The notes below the pieces were generated by a model that had not been told where the DNA came from, searched no databases, and saw only the letters and a list, made by a program, of their open reading frames with translations. Shown here piece by piece: positions 42,273-52,325 of a DNA stretch of 64,000 nt. The translations under genes were made by a program, and so were the position numbers. Source of the stretch: Andalucia godoyi And28. Taxonomy: Eukaryota; Protista; Jakobida. The first letter of the stretch is position 1. Each line of letters opens with the position of its first letter. The stretch lies in NCBI GenBank assembly GCA_009859145.1, contig VRVR01000049.1, positions 1 to 64,000 on the forward strand. The letters run 5' to 3'.

Positions 42273-43535
42273 TCAGCTCATGTACTCCGGCTGGTAATGC
42301 TGCGGAGGGGCGGGGATCACGCCGCCGTGCTGACTCTGGAACTCGGGGACCACATGCCAAAGACCCTCCAGCTCCGCCCATATGTTCTGAAGCAAGACGA
42401 AGTCGCCTGAATCGACGCGCATGGAAACGTAAGCTTTGTGGTTGTTGTGGCTGACACGATAGTAGCACTGATACCGGATGTTTGGCGTATCGTTCCGCGC
42501 CACCATGTGTGCAACCTTGTGGTGCGCAATGACGACGTCGCCAGCATTCATCATCACCGCATGGGCGTTGGGCAACTTTGGTTTTTCCGGGTGCTCTCCT
42601 CGTGTGTGCGCAGCCAGCCAACTAGGAGTGATTCGATGGGAACCAGGAAACACCACAAGGTTACCTGCCTCTGCGCTTTCCTGGGTCGACAGACATACAC
42701 CCACCAGCAGCGTAAACGGTGAATGCTGCCCCTTGTCGTTTCCGTCAGTGTGCCAGCCTTGCATGTGCGCTCTGGCGTGTGTCGCGTCACCTCTGTATCC
42801 CGGAAACCGAAGTGCAGTCTGTGCACCGCCCACGGGACTGAGGTTTCCCTTTCCAACCATGGACTCCAGCAGTGGCCACACATGGGTTCGCATGACAAGA
42901 TGCACAAGCGCAGGATCGTGGCTGTGTTCCATCGCATTTCCCGCAGAATCAAAGAGCATTCGGTTGATGCTCTTCAGCGCAGCATCCACAAACGGCTTTG
43001 GAACCACGCCCGGAACCACAATGAATCCATCCTGCACAAACATTCTCTTTGAATTGTCGTCCAAAGCAATAGTCGGGTCAAGCGCAAGTCCGTCCGGATG
43101 GTTCCCTTGTGGAACAATCCGGATCGAGCGCACCTGGAAACCAGACGCCTCTACATCCGTAGCCCTTGCGTCTCCCACCCACACGTTCGTCGCATCAACC
43201 CCAAGACACCATCCCTTCTGCGTGTGCGCAATCGGTCTGAACTGAACCAGCTTTCCGGGCTGCTCATGGACCATAAACTGCGCCTGTGCACCGCCTTGGC
43301 CCCAAGGCTCCACGATCCCCGCATCGCTCACTTTCAGCGTCTTGTTCTCCGGATGGTGGATGATGTGAAACGTAACACGCTTCGGCGGCGACTGCAGTCC
43401 AATCCGGAAGTGACACACGAGGCCCGTTCGAGGATGCCGAAGCTCCACAAACCCACCGTGCGTAAGCGCATCCAATCCAATCGGACCGTCCAAAGGGTAG
43501 CATATGCTCCCAGGAAGCAAGCCCAGCTTATCCAT
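42273..43535 (-). CDS. PhyH-like Fe(II)/2OG dioxygenase with extra N-terminal beta domain
   Basis: FVQDGFIVVPGVV, GWHTDG (HxD), NLVVFPGSH, MNAGDVVIAHHKVAH...N.T..IR; about 140-aa N-terminal beta-rich extension. Confidence 0.85.
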   Translation of the reverse strand: MDKLGLLPGSICYPLDGPIGLDALTHGGFVELRHPRTGLVCHFRIGLQSPPKRVTFHIIHHPENKTLKVSDAGIVEPWGQGGAQAQFMVHEQPGKLVQFRPIAHTQKGWCLGVDATNVWVGDARATDVEASGFQVRSIRIVPQGNHPDGLALDPTIALDDNSKRMFVQDGFIVVPGVVPKPFVDAALKSINRMLFDSAGNAMEHSHDPALVHLVMRTHVWPLLESMVGKGNLSPVGGAQTALRFPGYRGDATHARAHMQGWHTDGNDKGQHSPFTLLVGVCLSTQESAEAGNLVVFPGSHRITPSWLAAHTRGEHPEKPKLPNAHAVMMNAGDVVIAHHKVAHMVARNDTPNIRYQCYYRVSHNNHKAYVSMRVDSGDFVLLQNIWAELEGLWHVVPEFQSQHGGVIPAPPQHYQPEYMS

Positions 43536-43929
43536 CTTTGCACTATCCGTTACCGTCCATTATACACCGGGTACAATCCATGATAATCCATTGCAAAGCC
43601 ACTCCATCATATGACATGAATGACATGAAGTACAGCAGCACATAACCGAGTCATTTGTCCTGCGCTGCTTGATGCTAGGTCACATGCAACATAATAATGG
43701 CAATGACAATAACATAATAAACACGGCAAACGACAAGGATATATACAACGTGAAAATCATCTAATGGCTATTATTTACGAGTGTGCGAGCCCCGAGACGA
43801 ATCCAAATACTTGCGTCTGGCAGCTGGCTTGCCCCAAGAAGGAAAGAGAACAGAGAGAACCCGAGGAAGAAACAGTCAGTTGGGAAAATAGGAACGAAAG
43901 CAGCAGATCATCGCAATTCTTGCAACCAT

Positions 43930-46683
43930 TCAATCATCTGCAGTCGACGAGCGTTTGGAATTCGATTTGCAGATTGGGCAACTTTTCTTCCCAGTGTCCG
44001 TCCCTTGTTCTCGGCGTAGACAGCTTGTGTGGTAGATGTGGCCGCAGAGAAAGACCGCCAAGGGAGGACGCAGACTGGACGCATGGCAAGTGGCGCATTG
44101 CATATGTGCCCCATCGATTTTGGAAGCCATTCGTTGAACCGCGAGCAGCTTCCGCGTTAAAGCAAGCGTATCCGCCTTGAGAACATCGCGACAGCCTTCT
44201 TGCAGCGACATGTGCAGAGTGTATTCGGAAATCACCTTCACCAATCGATCTCGCAGCCGGGGAATCTCCATGCCAGCAGGAATGCGTTGAATCAATCGAA
44301 TGGGATCGCTTACATTGCACTCGAGCAACTCGCCAACAGCGTCTCCTGATCGAAGCGCGTGCGTGACCAGTTCATTCCACAAGTCTTCGTCCTGCGGTGC
44401 TCGTTCCTGAAGAAACTCAATCGCATCTCGGACCGCCCCGTTATCCATAAGAATGTGCAGCGCCTCGGACAAGTTTCCCATCTTTCCGAGGACGTAAACG
44501 CGCTCTCTGAAAAGCTCTGGCTGTGCAGCACAGACATCATGTGCGAGCTGCAGCGGATAGTCGCTGGAAGTCCGCAAAAACTTACCTAGAAACAAGGGAT
44601 CGTGCTTGGCGTACAACGTCACCTGCAGCCCGTGAAACGGTGCGGTAAGCTTCGGGTCAATGTTGAACAAAGCATGCAGATAGTTGTGCAAGTGGATTTC
44701 CAGCGATCGGTCACCAGACAGAAGATTAACAACTCGAGACACCGGAATGTTGTCTGAGAAGCGAGTCAGCAGAGAAATGACCTCTGCCGGATTGTAAACG
44801 TTCAAAATGGTCAACAAATTATTCAAAAACGGGTCCCAAAGCGCGTGCATTTCCATGAATGAAAACAACCCCGACGATCGCTGGTTGACGTAGATCTGGA
44901 AAGCACGGTGGAACTCCCCGCGCAGCACAAATAAATGTGCCAGAATGTCATACCGTTGAAACTGCTCGCAGGCCTCCATCAACGCATCGGGTCTGAACCA
45001 CTTTTCCCAGGGTCCCTTCACAAGCGACAACGACAAATTCGGATCATGTTCAATCATCCACCGCAACACAGATTCGTAAATCTCCTGGCTCAGTTTGGGT
45101 GGGATGACCTTCACGAGGCTCGCTACTTGCCCGCCTTTAATGAACGTCGAAATCCACTTCTCCCAGGAACTTGCCCCTGTCACGTTGCATACTTCGGGAA
45201 GATATGCCACGGCGTCGTCAATCCTTCTTTCTGTGATCAACATCGAAAGCAGTCGATCGCCAATTTGCGCGGGAGAAACTACCTTGATGTTCTTTCTTTG
45301 CAACTTGCATTCTCTCCAAGCCTCCTCAATCTGGCTCTTCTCCAGCAACCACATAATGTGATCGTCCATGTCGCGCGGCCTGGCAACAACAATGTCTCGG
45401 GCAGAATAAATGTAGTACGCATCATCCAAATCATGGTGTGCGAGGCTGACCGGAACGCTTGTCTGCGAATTCATCGGACCGCCTGGCGAAGGCGGCACCG
45501 ACGTAACAAGAGACAGAGCATCGACCGACAATTCTTCTCCGCTTCGGTCCACCAAGCGGAGCTCCGTCGCTCCGTCGACAGTGTTCTGCGAAAGCACGAT
45601 CACCTCGTTTGCAAAAGGTGCAATCCCAAGAATCTTTGCATCGCCCATCACCAAATTCGCAGCACTGCTGAAGTCGGGAGCTCTTAAAATGCGGACCAAT
45701 GGTCCGACTGCAATCATGAGTTCTTCGCTTGTCCAAATCAACGTCATTCTAGAACCTGCAGACGACACCGTTGTGCCTGCACTTGGAAGTGACGCCTGAG
45801 ACGACGAAGGGGAAAGCTGGGGAGCGGAAGGCAGCTTGCTTAGCGATTGGTTCATATTGAACAATGCAACCGGTTGCGATGTTTCCATGTTAAACACCTT
45901 GACCGTGCCGGAAGCTGCGATTGCCCATGACAAGAACACTCCAGATGGCGACCACGCGATTGCAGACACATCTCCTTCACCTTGCGAAATCACCTGGTCT
46001 TTTGTTCCAGAGAACCAGCCTTTTGAATGCGCAACAACCGCCCCGCCTTTCGAAACCGAGACCACTCTCTTGTTCTTTTTTTGTGACGACGACGCGTACA
46101 ATGGGTCAATGCAGAGATGGATCGCGTGGTTGGGATGGGTCGGTGGTGTGGCCGTCGATATTAAATCCACTGGTTTCTCGTCGGAAAGCAAGCTGGTCAC
46201 AACAGCCTTTCCGTCTGCACCAAGCGTCGCGACAAATTCGCCGCGATCGTCAACAGAAATCGCAGAAATCGCAGAATTCGGATGCGGATAAAACGATCGC
46301 ACGTTTGATCCAGTGAAATCAAGAATGTGGATATGTCCAGTCGCCGTTCCTAGCAGCAGAAACTTGAAATGGACTCGCAACACAGTGCACAAATCCGTCG
46401 ACAGCAACGCAGGCGTATGCGATCCGAGTTTTAAATACTTGAACACCGGCTCCGCGTCTCCATCTTCCTCCTCTTCCCCCTCCTCCTCCTCCTCAGCCCC
46501 GCCGCCGTCTTCTCCATTGCCACTGTGAGAAGTCTCTGCCTGCTTCAGCGGCTCCATCGCCGACTTTCCAGAACTCGCAGATTTCCCTAGTCGTCCACCA
46601 CCATTTGTCAAAACTCCCGAGAGTCCAGAAGTCGAATGCACCGTTGGATACGCCAGATCAGAATCCGGACTCGCCGACGACAT
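43930..46683 (-). CDS. VPS41: HOPS subunit VPS41
   Basis: Acidic N-terminus then EPVFKY, LLLGT..G.IHILDFTG, WD40 region, RDIVVARPRDMDDHIMWLLE, clathrin-repeat region, C-terminal RING (CATC...CGHIYHTSC...CPIC). Confidence 0.95.
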   Translation of the reverse strand: MSSASPDSDLAYPTVHSTSGLSGVLTNGGGRLGKSASSGKSAMEPLKQAETSHSGNGEDGGGAEEEEEGEEEEDGDAEPVFKYLKLGSHTPALLSTDLCTVLRVHFKFLLLGTATGHIHILDFTGSNVRSFYPHPNSAISAISVDDRGEFVATLGADGKAVVTSLLSDEKPVDLISTATPPTHPNHAIHLCIDPLYASSSQKKNKRVVSVSKGGAVVAHSKGWFSGTKDQVISQGEGDVSAIAWSPSGVFLSWAIAASGTVKVFNMETSQPVALFNMNQSLSKLPSAPQLSPSSSQASLPSAGTTVSSAGSRMTLIWTSEELMIAVGPLVRILRAPDFSSAANLVMGDAKILGIAPFANEVIVLSQNTVDGATELRLVDRSGEELSVDALSLVTSVPPSPGGPMNSQTSVPVSLAHHDLDDAYYIYSARDIVVARPRDMDDHIMWLLEKSQIEEAWRECKLQRKNIKVVSPAQIGDRLLSMLITERRIDDAVAYLPEVCNVTGASSWEKWISTFIKGGQVASLVKVIPPKLSQEIYESVLRWMIEHDPNLSLSLVKGPWEKWFRPDALMEACEQFQRYDILAHLFVLRGEFHRAFQIYVNQRSSGLFSFMEMHALWDPFLNNLLTILNVYNPAEVISLLTRFSDNIPVSRVVNLLSGDRSLEIHLHNYLHALFNIDPKLTAPFHGLQVTLYAKHDPLFLGKFLRTSSDYPLQLAHDVCAAQPELFRERVYVLGKMGNLSEALHILMDNGAVRDAIEFLQERAPQDEDLWNELVTHALRSGDAVGELLECNVSDPIRLIQRIPAGMEIPRLRDRLVKVISEYTLHMSLQEGCRDVLKADTLALTRKLLAVQRMASKIDGAHMQCATCHASSLRPPLAVFLCGHIYHTSCLRREQGTDTGKKSCPICKSNSKRSSTADD

Positions 46684-47109
46684 CTCGCCTCCCCCGCAAA
46701 AACGTACAGTAAAAACCTAATATATATGTGTTAAGGGAAAGTCATAATAGCATTTCATTTAAAAATAAAATAGAAGAAGGAGCCCAAACTCGCCGAGACA
46801 CGAACTTTGGAGGGGAAAAAGGCTTCATTGCCTGTCATTGGAAAAAGACCTTGGCCTTTGTGCAGAATACAATCCATTAGGGTTGCATGATTTTTTCGTT
46901 TTTGTTTTTCCTTTGTTTTATTATATTTTGCACTTCCATTACCCACTTAATCTCCTTCTGGGTTTTGGATTTTTAATGTGATTCCGATCATTATTGTCAG
47001 TGATACAGCTGTCTGTCTGTCTGTCTATACACGGAGATTTTTTTTGCTGGACGTCAAGCACAAGCGGGAAAAAGAAAAAGAAGAAGGAGAAGGAGAAGGA
47101 GAAAGAGAG

Positions 47110-47418
47110 ATGGAGTTTTTTAGTAGGATCAAGCAGAGAATTCGACTTGCTTGGATATTGGATCCGACACGCTTGGACGCGTTTCATAATCGAGTGAAAG
47201 TCTCGTCTGAACTTTCGTCGCCAAAGATCCCGGTGCGAGAGCCTGGTCGCAAATTTGATATCAAGTACTTCGTAAGAGACTCGCGCAGATCACAGGAGCC
47301 GTCCGTCAGACTCGACCGCGCTCAGATCGACACGAAAGAAGCCGTCGGTCCGGTCACCCCTGGCCAGCCGGTCTCTTGGAAGCCAGGCGGACAAAATACT
47401 TCTGGCTACCAAGCTTGA
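47110..47418 (+). CDS. NDUFA7: Complex I accessory subunit NDUFA7 (B14.5a)-like
   Basis: KFDIKYFVRDSRR resembles the Y.I.Y..RD.RR motif; terminal VTPG...W and GY motifs; 102 aa from ATG 47110. Confidence 0.7.
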   Translation: MEFFSRIKQRIRLAWILDPTRLDAFHNRVKVSSELSSPKIPVREPGRKFDIKYFVRDSRRSQEPSVRLDRAQIDTKEAVGPVTPGQPVSWKPGGQNTSGYQA

Positions 47419-47438
47419 AAATTCATAATGATAAACAA

Positions 47439-47948
47439 CCGTTGAATGATAACACGTCATTGTCATGGACACGGTCAATTCTGGCCGACACTAGCACGTT
47501 TGCTCCACGGAAATTCGTGCTTACGCGTAGCAGTCTATCATTCGTTGGTTTGGTTTTTTGGTTTCACTCTTTTTATTCAACTGTGGGCGTGAGTGCACTG
47601 GGACGACGCATTCTCCTACGCCGCTCGATACAGGGCCTCCTAGGTCCCGCAGACCTCCTAAGAGACCGCCTCTTCCTACTCTCGTATCTCCAGGTGCATC
47701 AATCGCTGCAACTGAGGACACGAAAGCGCCTGCTGCTAGGGCCGTCAGAATCAAAAATGCACCCTTCTCAGAAACAACGTGCCACGCTGAGAAAGTGGCT
47801 CACCGATTGATCGAGATTGGGAACGGAGCGCGGAGCATCTATCTGAAGAGCGCCGTGAGGCGTATAGGGGCCTATTCCCTTCCCGGCGACGGGATGCAAG
47901 ACTGAGTATGCATGTCTATTCGTCGATATGCATGTTTCAGTGTATATA
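47439..47948 (+). repeat. Copy B of the duplicated non-coding element (inverted relative to copy A)
   Basis: Reverse complement aligns with 37953-38569. Confidence 0.9.
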
Positions 47949-48231
47949 ATGTAGGCGTAGGGAAAGTGAGTTACAGAAACCAAAACAGGAAGGGGGAAAA
48001 ATGTCATTCTGCAAATGTCATTTCCCGCCCAACTCTGACAAAAAATCCCCCCGTTCGCTTAACAATGCCATAAAGACAGCTTTTCTTTGTCATTATTCTT
48101 TCGGATTTTGTTTTTGAATTATTTTTATTATTTACTATTGTTCATAAAAACCTTTGTGTTCCAGTTTTCGTTTTGCTGTGCGTTGATTGAAGAGAAAGAA
48201 AGAAAAGAAAAGAGAGAAGGAAAAGAAAAAC

Positions 48232-49629
48232 ATGCCTCGAGAGATCATTACGTTGCAGGTTGGTCAGTGCGGAAACCAAGTGGGAACTGAATTCTGGAAA
48301 CGGTTATGTGCAGAGCATGCGATTTCGCCAGACGGGATCATTGAGCCGCATGCAAACCCGAATGCCGGTGATCGCAAGGATGTCTTTTTCTACCAAGCAG
48401 ACGATGAGCATTACATCCCGCGAGCTCTGTTGGTTGATTTGGAGCCGCGTGTGATCAATTCGATCCAAAATTCTCCGTATCGGAACCTGTATAATCCAGA
48501 GAATATCTTTATTGGAGGCGATGGAGGCGGTGCCGGAAACAACTGGGCCCAAGGATTCAGTCTTGCAGACAAGCAGTATGAGGAAGTCATGGAGATGATT
48601 GACCGCGAAGCAGACGGCTCGGATTCGCTGGAAGGCTTTGTTCTGCTGCACTCGATTGCAGGTGGCACAGGCTCCGGAATGGGATCGTACCTGCTAGAGC
48701 GGCTGAACGACCGCTATCCGAAAAAGCTTATTCAGACGTACTCTGTGTTTCCGAACCAACAGGACACCTCCGATGTCGTTGTCCAGCCGTACAACTCGCT
48801 GCTGACGCTCAAGCGGCTGACGCTCAATGCCGACTGTGTGGTTGTGTTGGACAATACGGCTCTGAACCGAATCGCAGTGGATCGACTCCACATTGAAACC
48901 CCGACATTTGCACAGACAAACGCGCTCGTGTCGACCGTCATGGCTGCTTCGACCACTACCCTCCGATATCCAGGATATATGAACAATGATCTGATCGGGC
49001 TGATTGCGTCGTTGATTCCGACGCCGCGATGCCACTTTTTAATGACTGGATACACACCACTGACTATTGATGTAGCGCAGCAGCTGAACGTGCGGAAAAC
49101 GTCGGTTTTGGACGTGATGCGCCGGCTTTTGCAGACGAAGAATATTATGGTGTCGTGCTCGACCCGCAAAGGATGCTATTTATCGATTCTGAACATTATC
49201 CAAGGAGAAGTAGATCCAACGCAGGTGCACCGGTCGTTGCAGAGAATAAGAGAGCGCAAGCTTGCGCAATTTATCCCGTGGGGCCCCGCATCCATCCAAG
49301 TGGCGCTCTCTCGAAAGTCACCGTACGTCGAAACATCGCATCGAGTATCGGGCTTGATGCTTGCGAACCACACGTCGATCCACACCTTGTTTGCACGAGC
49401 ACTCAGTCAGTACGACAAGCTTCGCAGCCGAGGCGCTTTTCTTGATGTGTACCGAAAGACAGACTTGTTTTCCGACGGTCTTGACGAGTTTGATGCGTCG
49501 AGAGAAGTCGTCGACGGGCTCATTGAAGAGTACAAGGCTGCCGAAAGAGCGGACTATGTCGACTGGGGCATGCGCCAGTACGAAAGCCAAAGTGCGGACC
49601 CGCGAGTCGGAAAGTCCACCTCGCACTAG
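48232..49629 (+). CDS. TUBG1: Gamma-tubulin
   Basis: [60 protein letters not shown]; intronless. Confidence 0.99.
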   Translation: MPREIITLQVGQCGNQVGTEFWKRLCAEHAISPDGIIEPHANPNAGDRKDVFFYQADDEHYIPRALLVDLEPRVINSIQNSPYRNLYNPENIFIGGDGGGAGNNWAQGFSLADKQYEEVMEMIDREADGSDSLEGFVLLHSIAGGTGSGMGSYLLERLNDRYPKKLIQTYSVFPNQQDTSDVVVQPYNSLLTLKRLTLNADCVVVLDNTALNRIAVDRLHIETPTFAQTNALVSTVMAASTTTLRYPGYMNNDLIGLIASLIPTPRCHFLMTGYTPLTIDVAQQLNVRKTSVLDVMRRLLQTKNIMVSCSTRKGCYLSILNIIQGEVDPTQVHRSLQRIRERKLAQFIPWGPASIQVALSRKSPYVETSHRVSGLMLANHTSIHTLFARALSQYDKLRSRGAFLDVYRKTDLFSDGLDEFDASREVVDGLIEEYKAAERADYVDWGMRQYESQSADPRVGKSTSH

Positions 49630-50124
49630 TTCTTTCCATTTTTCCTTGTGGTTTTGCCACCTACCTGCCTTTTTTTTTAATATTTTTTATTATTATTTCT
49701 TTTCTTTTCTTTTTTTTTTTTTTATTAATCTTGGCTCCTTTCCTTCCCCCCGCGTTCCTTTCCTTTCTTTTCCGTAAAAAATTAATTAAAAGACCATCAA
49801 CTGCTGTACCTCCAAGTGTTTTCACGCTGTTGTAAAACATAAAAAAGAGGGGGCCATTATGACGTCACAATGACATGTCATTTTCCACCAATTTCAAGTG
49901 AAGCCTTTTGCCACGGCTTTGGTTTTTTCGCTTTCAAGAGGACACATGCATGGACATTACCGATCAAAGTTTCTTGTCTGTGCTTCCTAAGCGACCAATA
50001 TTATTTTTGATTTGGTTTTCGTTGTTTCAAGTATTGTTATTATTATTATTGTTGTTGTTGTTGTTCTTGTTGTTATTTTATAATTATTATTTTTATAATA
50101 ATTTTCTTTTGAAATCGTGTAGTC

Positions 50125-50742
50125 ATGTTTTACCCGACAGTTCAGTGGGCGCAGAGCAAAGATTTTGTGTTTGTGACAGTTGTGGTTACGGATGCAAAGG
50201 ATGTGTCCGTGACGATCAATGACTCGAGTCTTCAAGTGTCTGGCAAGCGAGGTCTGGACTCTGCGGACTTTTCGTTTTCGTACGACTTGTACACGGACAT
50301 TGACCATTCTGCGTCCAAGTACAAGGTTGGCGCGCGAGGCGTTGAGGCTGCGCTGTCCAAGAAGGAGGCCGGAAACTGGTGGCCGCGGCTGACCAAGGAG
50401 AAGGACCGCACGGGACACATCAAGGCCGACTGGGACAAGTGGGTCGACGAGGACGAGGCGGATGGCCCGGCATTTAACCAGGATGACTTTATGAAGGGAA
50501 TGGGCGGCTTCGGAGGCCAGGGCATGGGCGGTATGCCCGGTATGCCCGGAATGGGCGGAATGGGGGGAATGGGTGGACTCGAAGGCATGATGGGCGGAAT
50601 GCCGGGAATGGGCGGAATGGACTTTTCGCAGTTTGCAGGCGGCGACGACGAGGATGACGAGGACGATGATGAAGAAGACGATCAAGGGCACGATGCAAAG
50701 CTCAAAGATCTCGACCAGGACGAAGCACCTTCCAAGCAGTAA
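50125..50742 (+). CDS. Hsp90 co-chaperone p23 (SBA1/PTGES3)
   Basis: PTVQWAQ, WWPRLTKEK...IKADWDKWVDEDE; GGM-rich and acidic tail. Confidence 0.93.
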   Translation: MFYPTVQWAQSKDFVFVTVVVTDAKDVSVTINDSSLQVSGKRGLDSADFSFSYDLYTDIDHSASKYKVGARGVEAALSKKEAGNWWPRLTKEKDRTGHIKADWDKWVDEDEADGPAFNQDDFMKGMGGFGGQGMGGMPGMPGMGGMGGMGGLEGMMGGMPGMGGMDFSQFAGGDDEDDEDDDEEDDQGHDAKLKDLDQDEAPSKQ

Positions 50743-50829
50743 ACAACCACTACAACAAAAGGAACTAACTGCAAGCACAACATCCTCCCCATTTCCAAGC
50801 GAGCGTGATGTCTGGCGAGTGCGATAAGC

Positions 50830-51864
50830 TTATAGACCCATGATGGGCCGCATTCGTTCTTGTTCTTGCCGCAGCGCAATTTTTGCATCCCGCGCTTGCT
50901 TGATGCGCAGCTTTTCTCTTTCGACGAGGGAAATCCTCGGAAATGCGTCTGCTTTTCGCAACGTCGTCTCCTTGATCCGCTCGTTCTCGCTCTGAACTAT
51001 CGCCTCCTGTGCCTTGTCTCGCTTCTCCACGCGCGTCTGCACATTCCACTGCTCTTTCCCAGCAAGCTTCGACGACACTGCAAACTCGACTCGGTCGTTC
51101 ATCGCCATGTTTGTATCCAAGAGCACTTTCCGCCCGCCGTGACTGTGCAGCGCGGAGAAGGACGGCTTTCCAGCCGTCGCTTCTTCTGCATCCTCGGCAC
51201 TCTGTCCGTGTGCCAGAGTCAGTCCTTGTGCGTGTGCCGCTCCAGCATCGAATCGCCGCGACTTGTGTTCCGGAGCCGTCCGGATCGACCGATAATAGGT
51301 CATTTCATCGATTCCACCATGCTGCTGTTGATTGGTGGCTGCTGGCTGCGAGAGGATCTGGCAAGAGGAGGAGGATGCATCGGCATGGATGATGAGAGAC
51401 TTGTCGAGGAACAGGCGCTGGTCGACCTTGAACTTGTTGTGCTTGCCTTGCTTTTCAAAGAAGAGAGACTTTTGGAAGAGCAAAGGAAGCTCTTCTGCTC
51501 TGAAGTTGTATTCCATCCGCGAGGCCTGGAACTCGGAGTTCGTCCGCAGCAACGCGCGACAAGGCTTCACATGCTCGGCATCGTATGTCGACTTGTTCCA
51601 CTGCGGCTTGGCACCCGTGAGCAGCAGCGGCTGTACCGCAAGCTTCATTCTTCGGCGCGCGTCAACTGAAGACGGCGGCACCTCGTCTGGATTAAAGGTC
51701 AGATCTTGGTGGTTGAACGTCGCCCTGCCAAACCGAGTACTTCCAGGCTGTGTCGAGTACCGCGAATAGTACCGACCTCTTTCGGACGTCACCCTATCTC
51801 CTCCACCCCCATGACCATGGCCCGACATACTATTCGACGTCCGAGGCCGGCTGCTCATCATCAT
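50830..51864 (-). CDS. Hypothetical basic protein, 344 aa
   Basis: Long ATG ORF, hydrophilic, coiled-coil C-terminus; no family recognised. Confidence 0.7.
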   Translation of the reverse strand: MMMSSRPRTSNSMSGHGHGGGGDRVTSERGRYYSRYSTQPGSTRFGRATFNHQDLTFNPDEVPPSSVDARRRMKLAVQPLLLTGAKPQWNKSTYDAEHVKPCRALLRTNSEFQASRMEYNFRAEELPLLFQKSLFFEKQGKHNKFKVDQRLFLDKSLIIHADASSSSCQILSQPAATNQQQHGGIDEMTYYRSIRTAPEHKSRRFDAGAAHAQGLTLAHGQSAEDAEEATAGKPSFSALHSHGGRKVLLDTNMAMNDRVEFAVSSKLAGKEQWNVQTRVEKRDKAQEAIVQSENERIKETTLRKADAFPRISLVEREKLRIKQARDAKIALRQEQERMRPIMGL

Positions 51865-52325
51865 TTTCTCTTAAATCCTATCTTGCCTCTCTCAACTCCC
51901 AACTCTGACTTTTCTTTTTCTTTTCTCCTACCTTTTTTCAATGGATAGGCTTTCAAAAAGTACCAATGAAAATTTAATCTTGCTCATTTCGTAGGAAACC
52001 AAACCGTTTGGAAACTGCTCAAACCTCTCCATATCTGAATTCGGGCGGCCGTTTGGGGCCTTTTGCGGTTACTCACTGTACACACACTTCCCCCGAATGT
52101 AGCATCACGTGATGATAGACTGTCCATTTTTCCGCGGTTCAGTTTTCACTCATTCGTTTGTTATGATTTTATCGTTTTATTATTATTATCATTATCATCG
52201 ATATTATTATTATTATTATCAGCATTATTATCATTATTATTAGATAATTTTTGGGGGCGGTGGAATTATCGTGTAGGGGTAAGACAGACAGGCGGGAGAG
52301 GGCAAGGGCAAGGGCAAGGGAGGAA

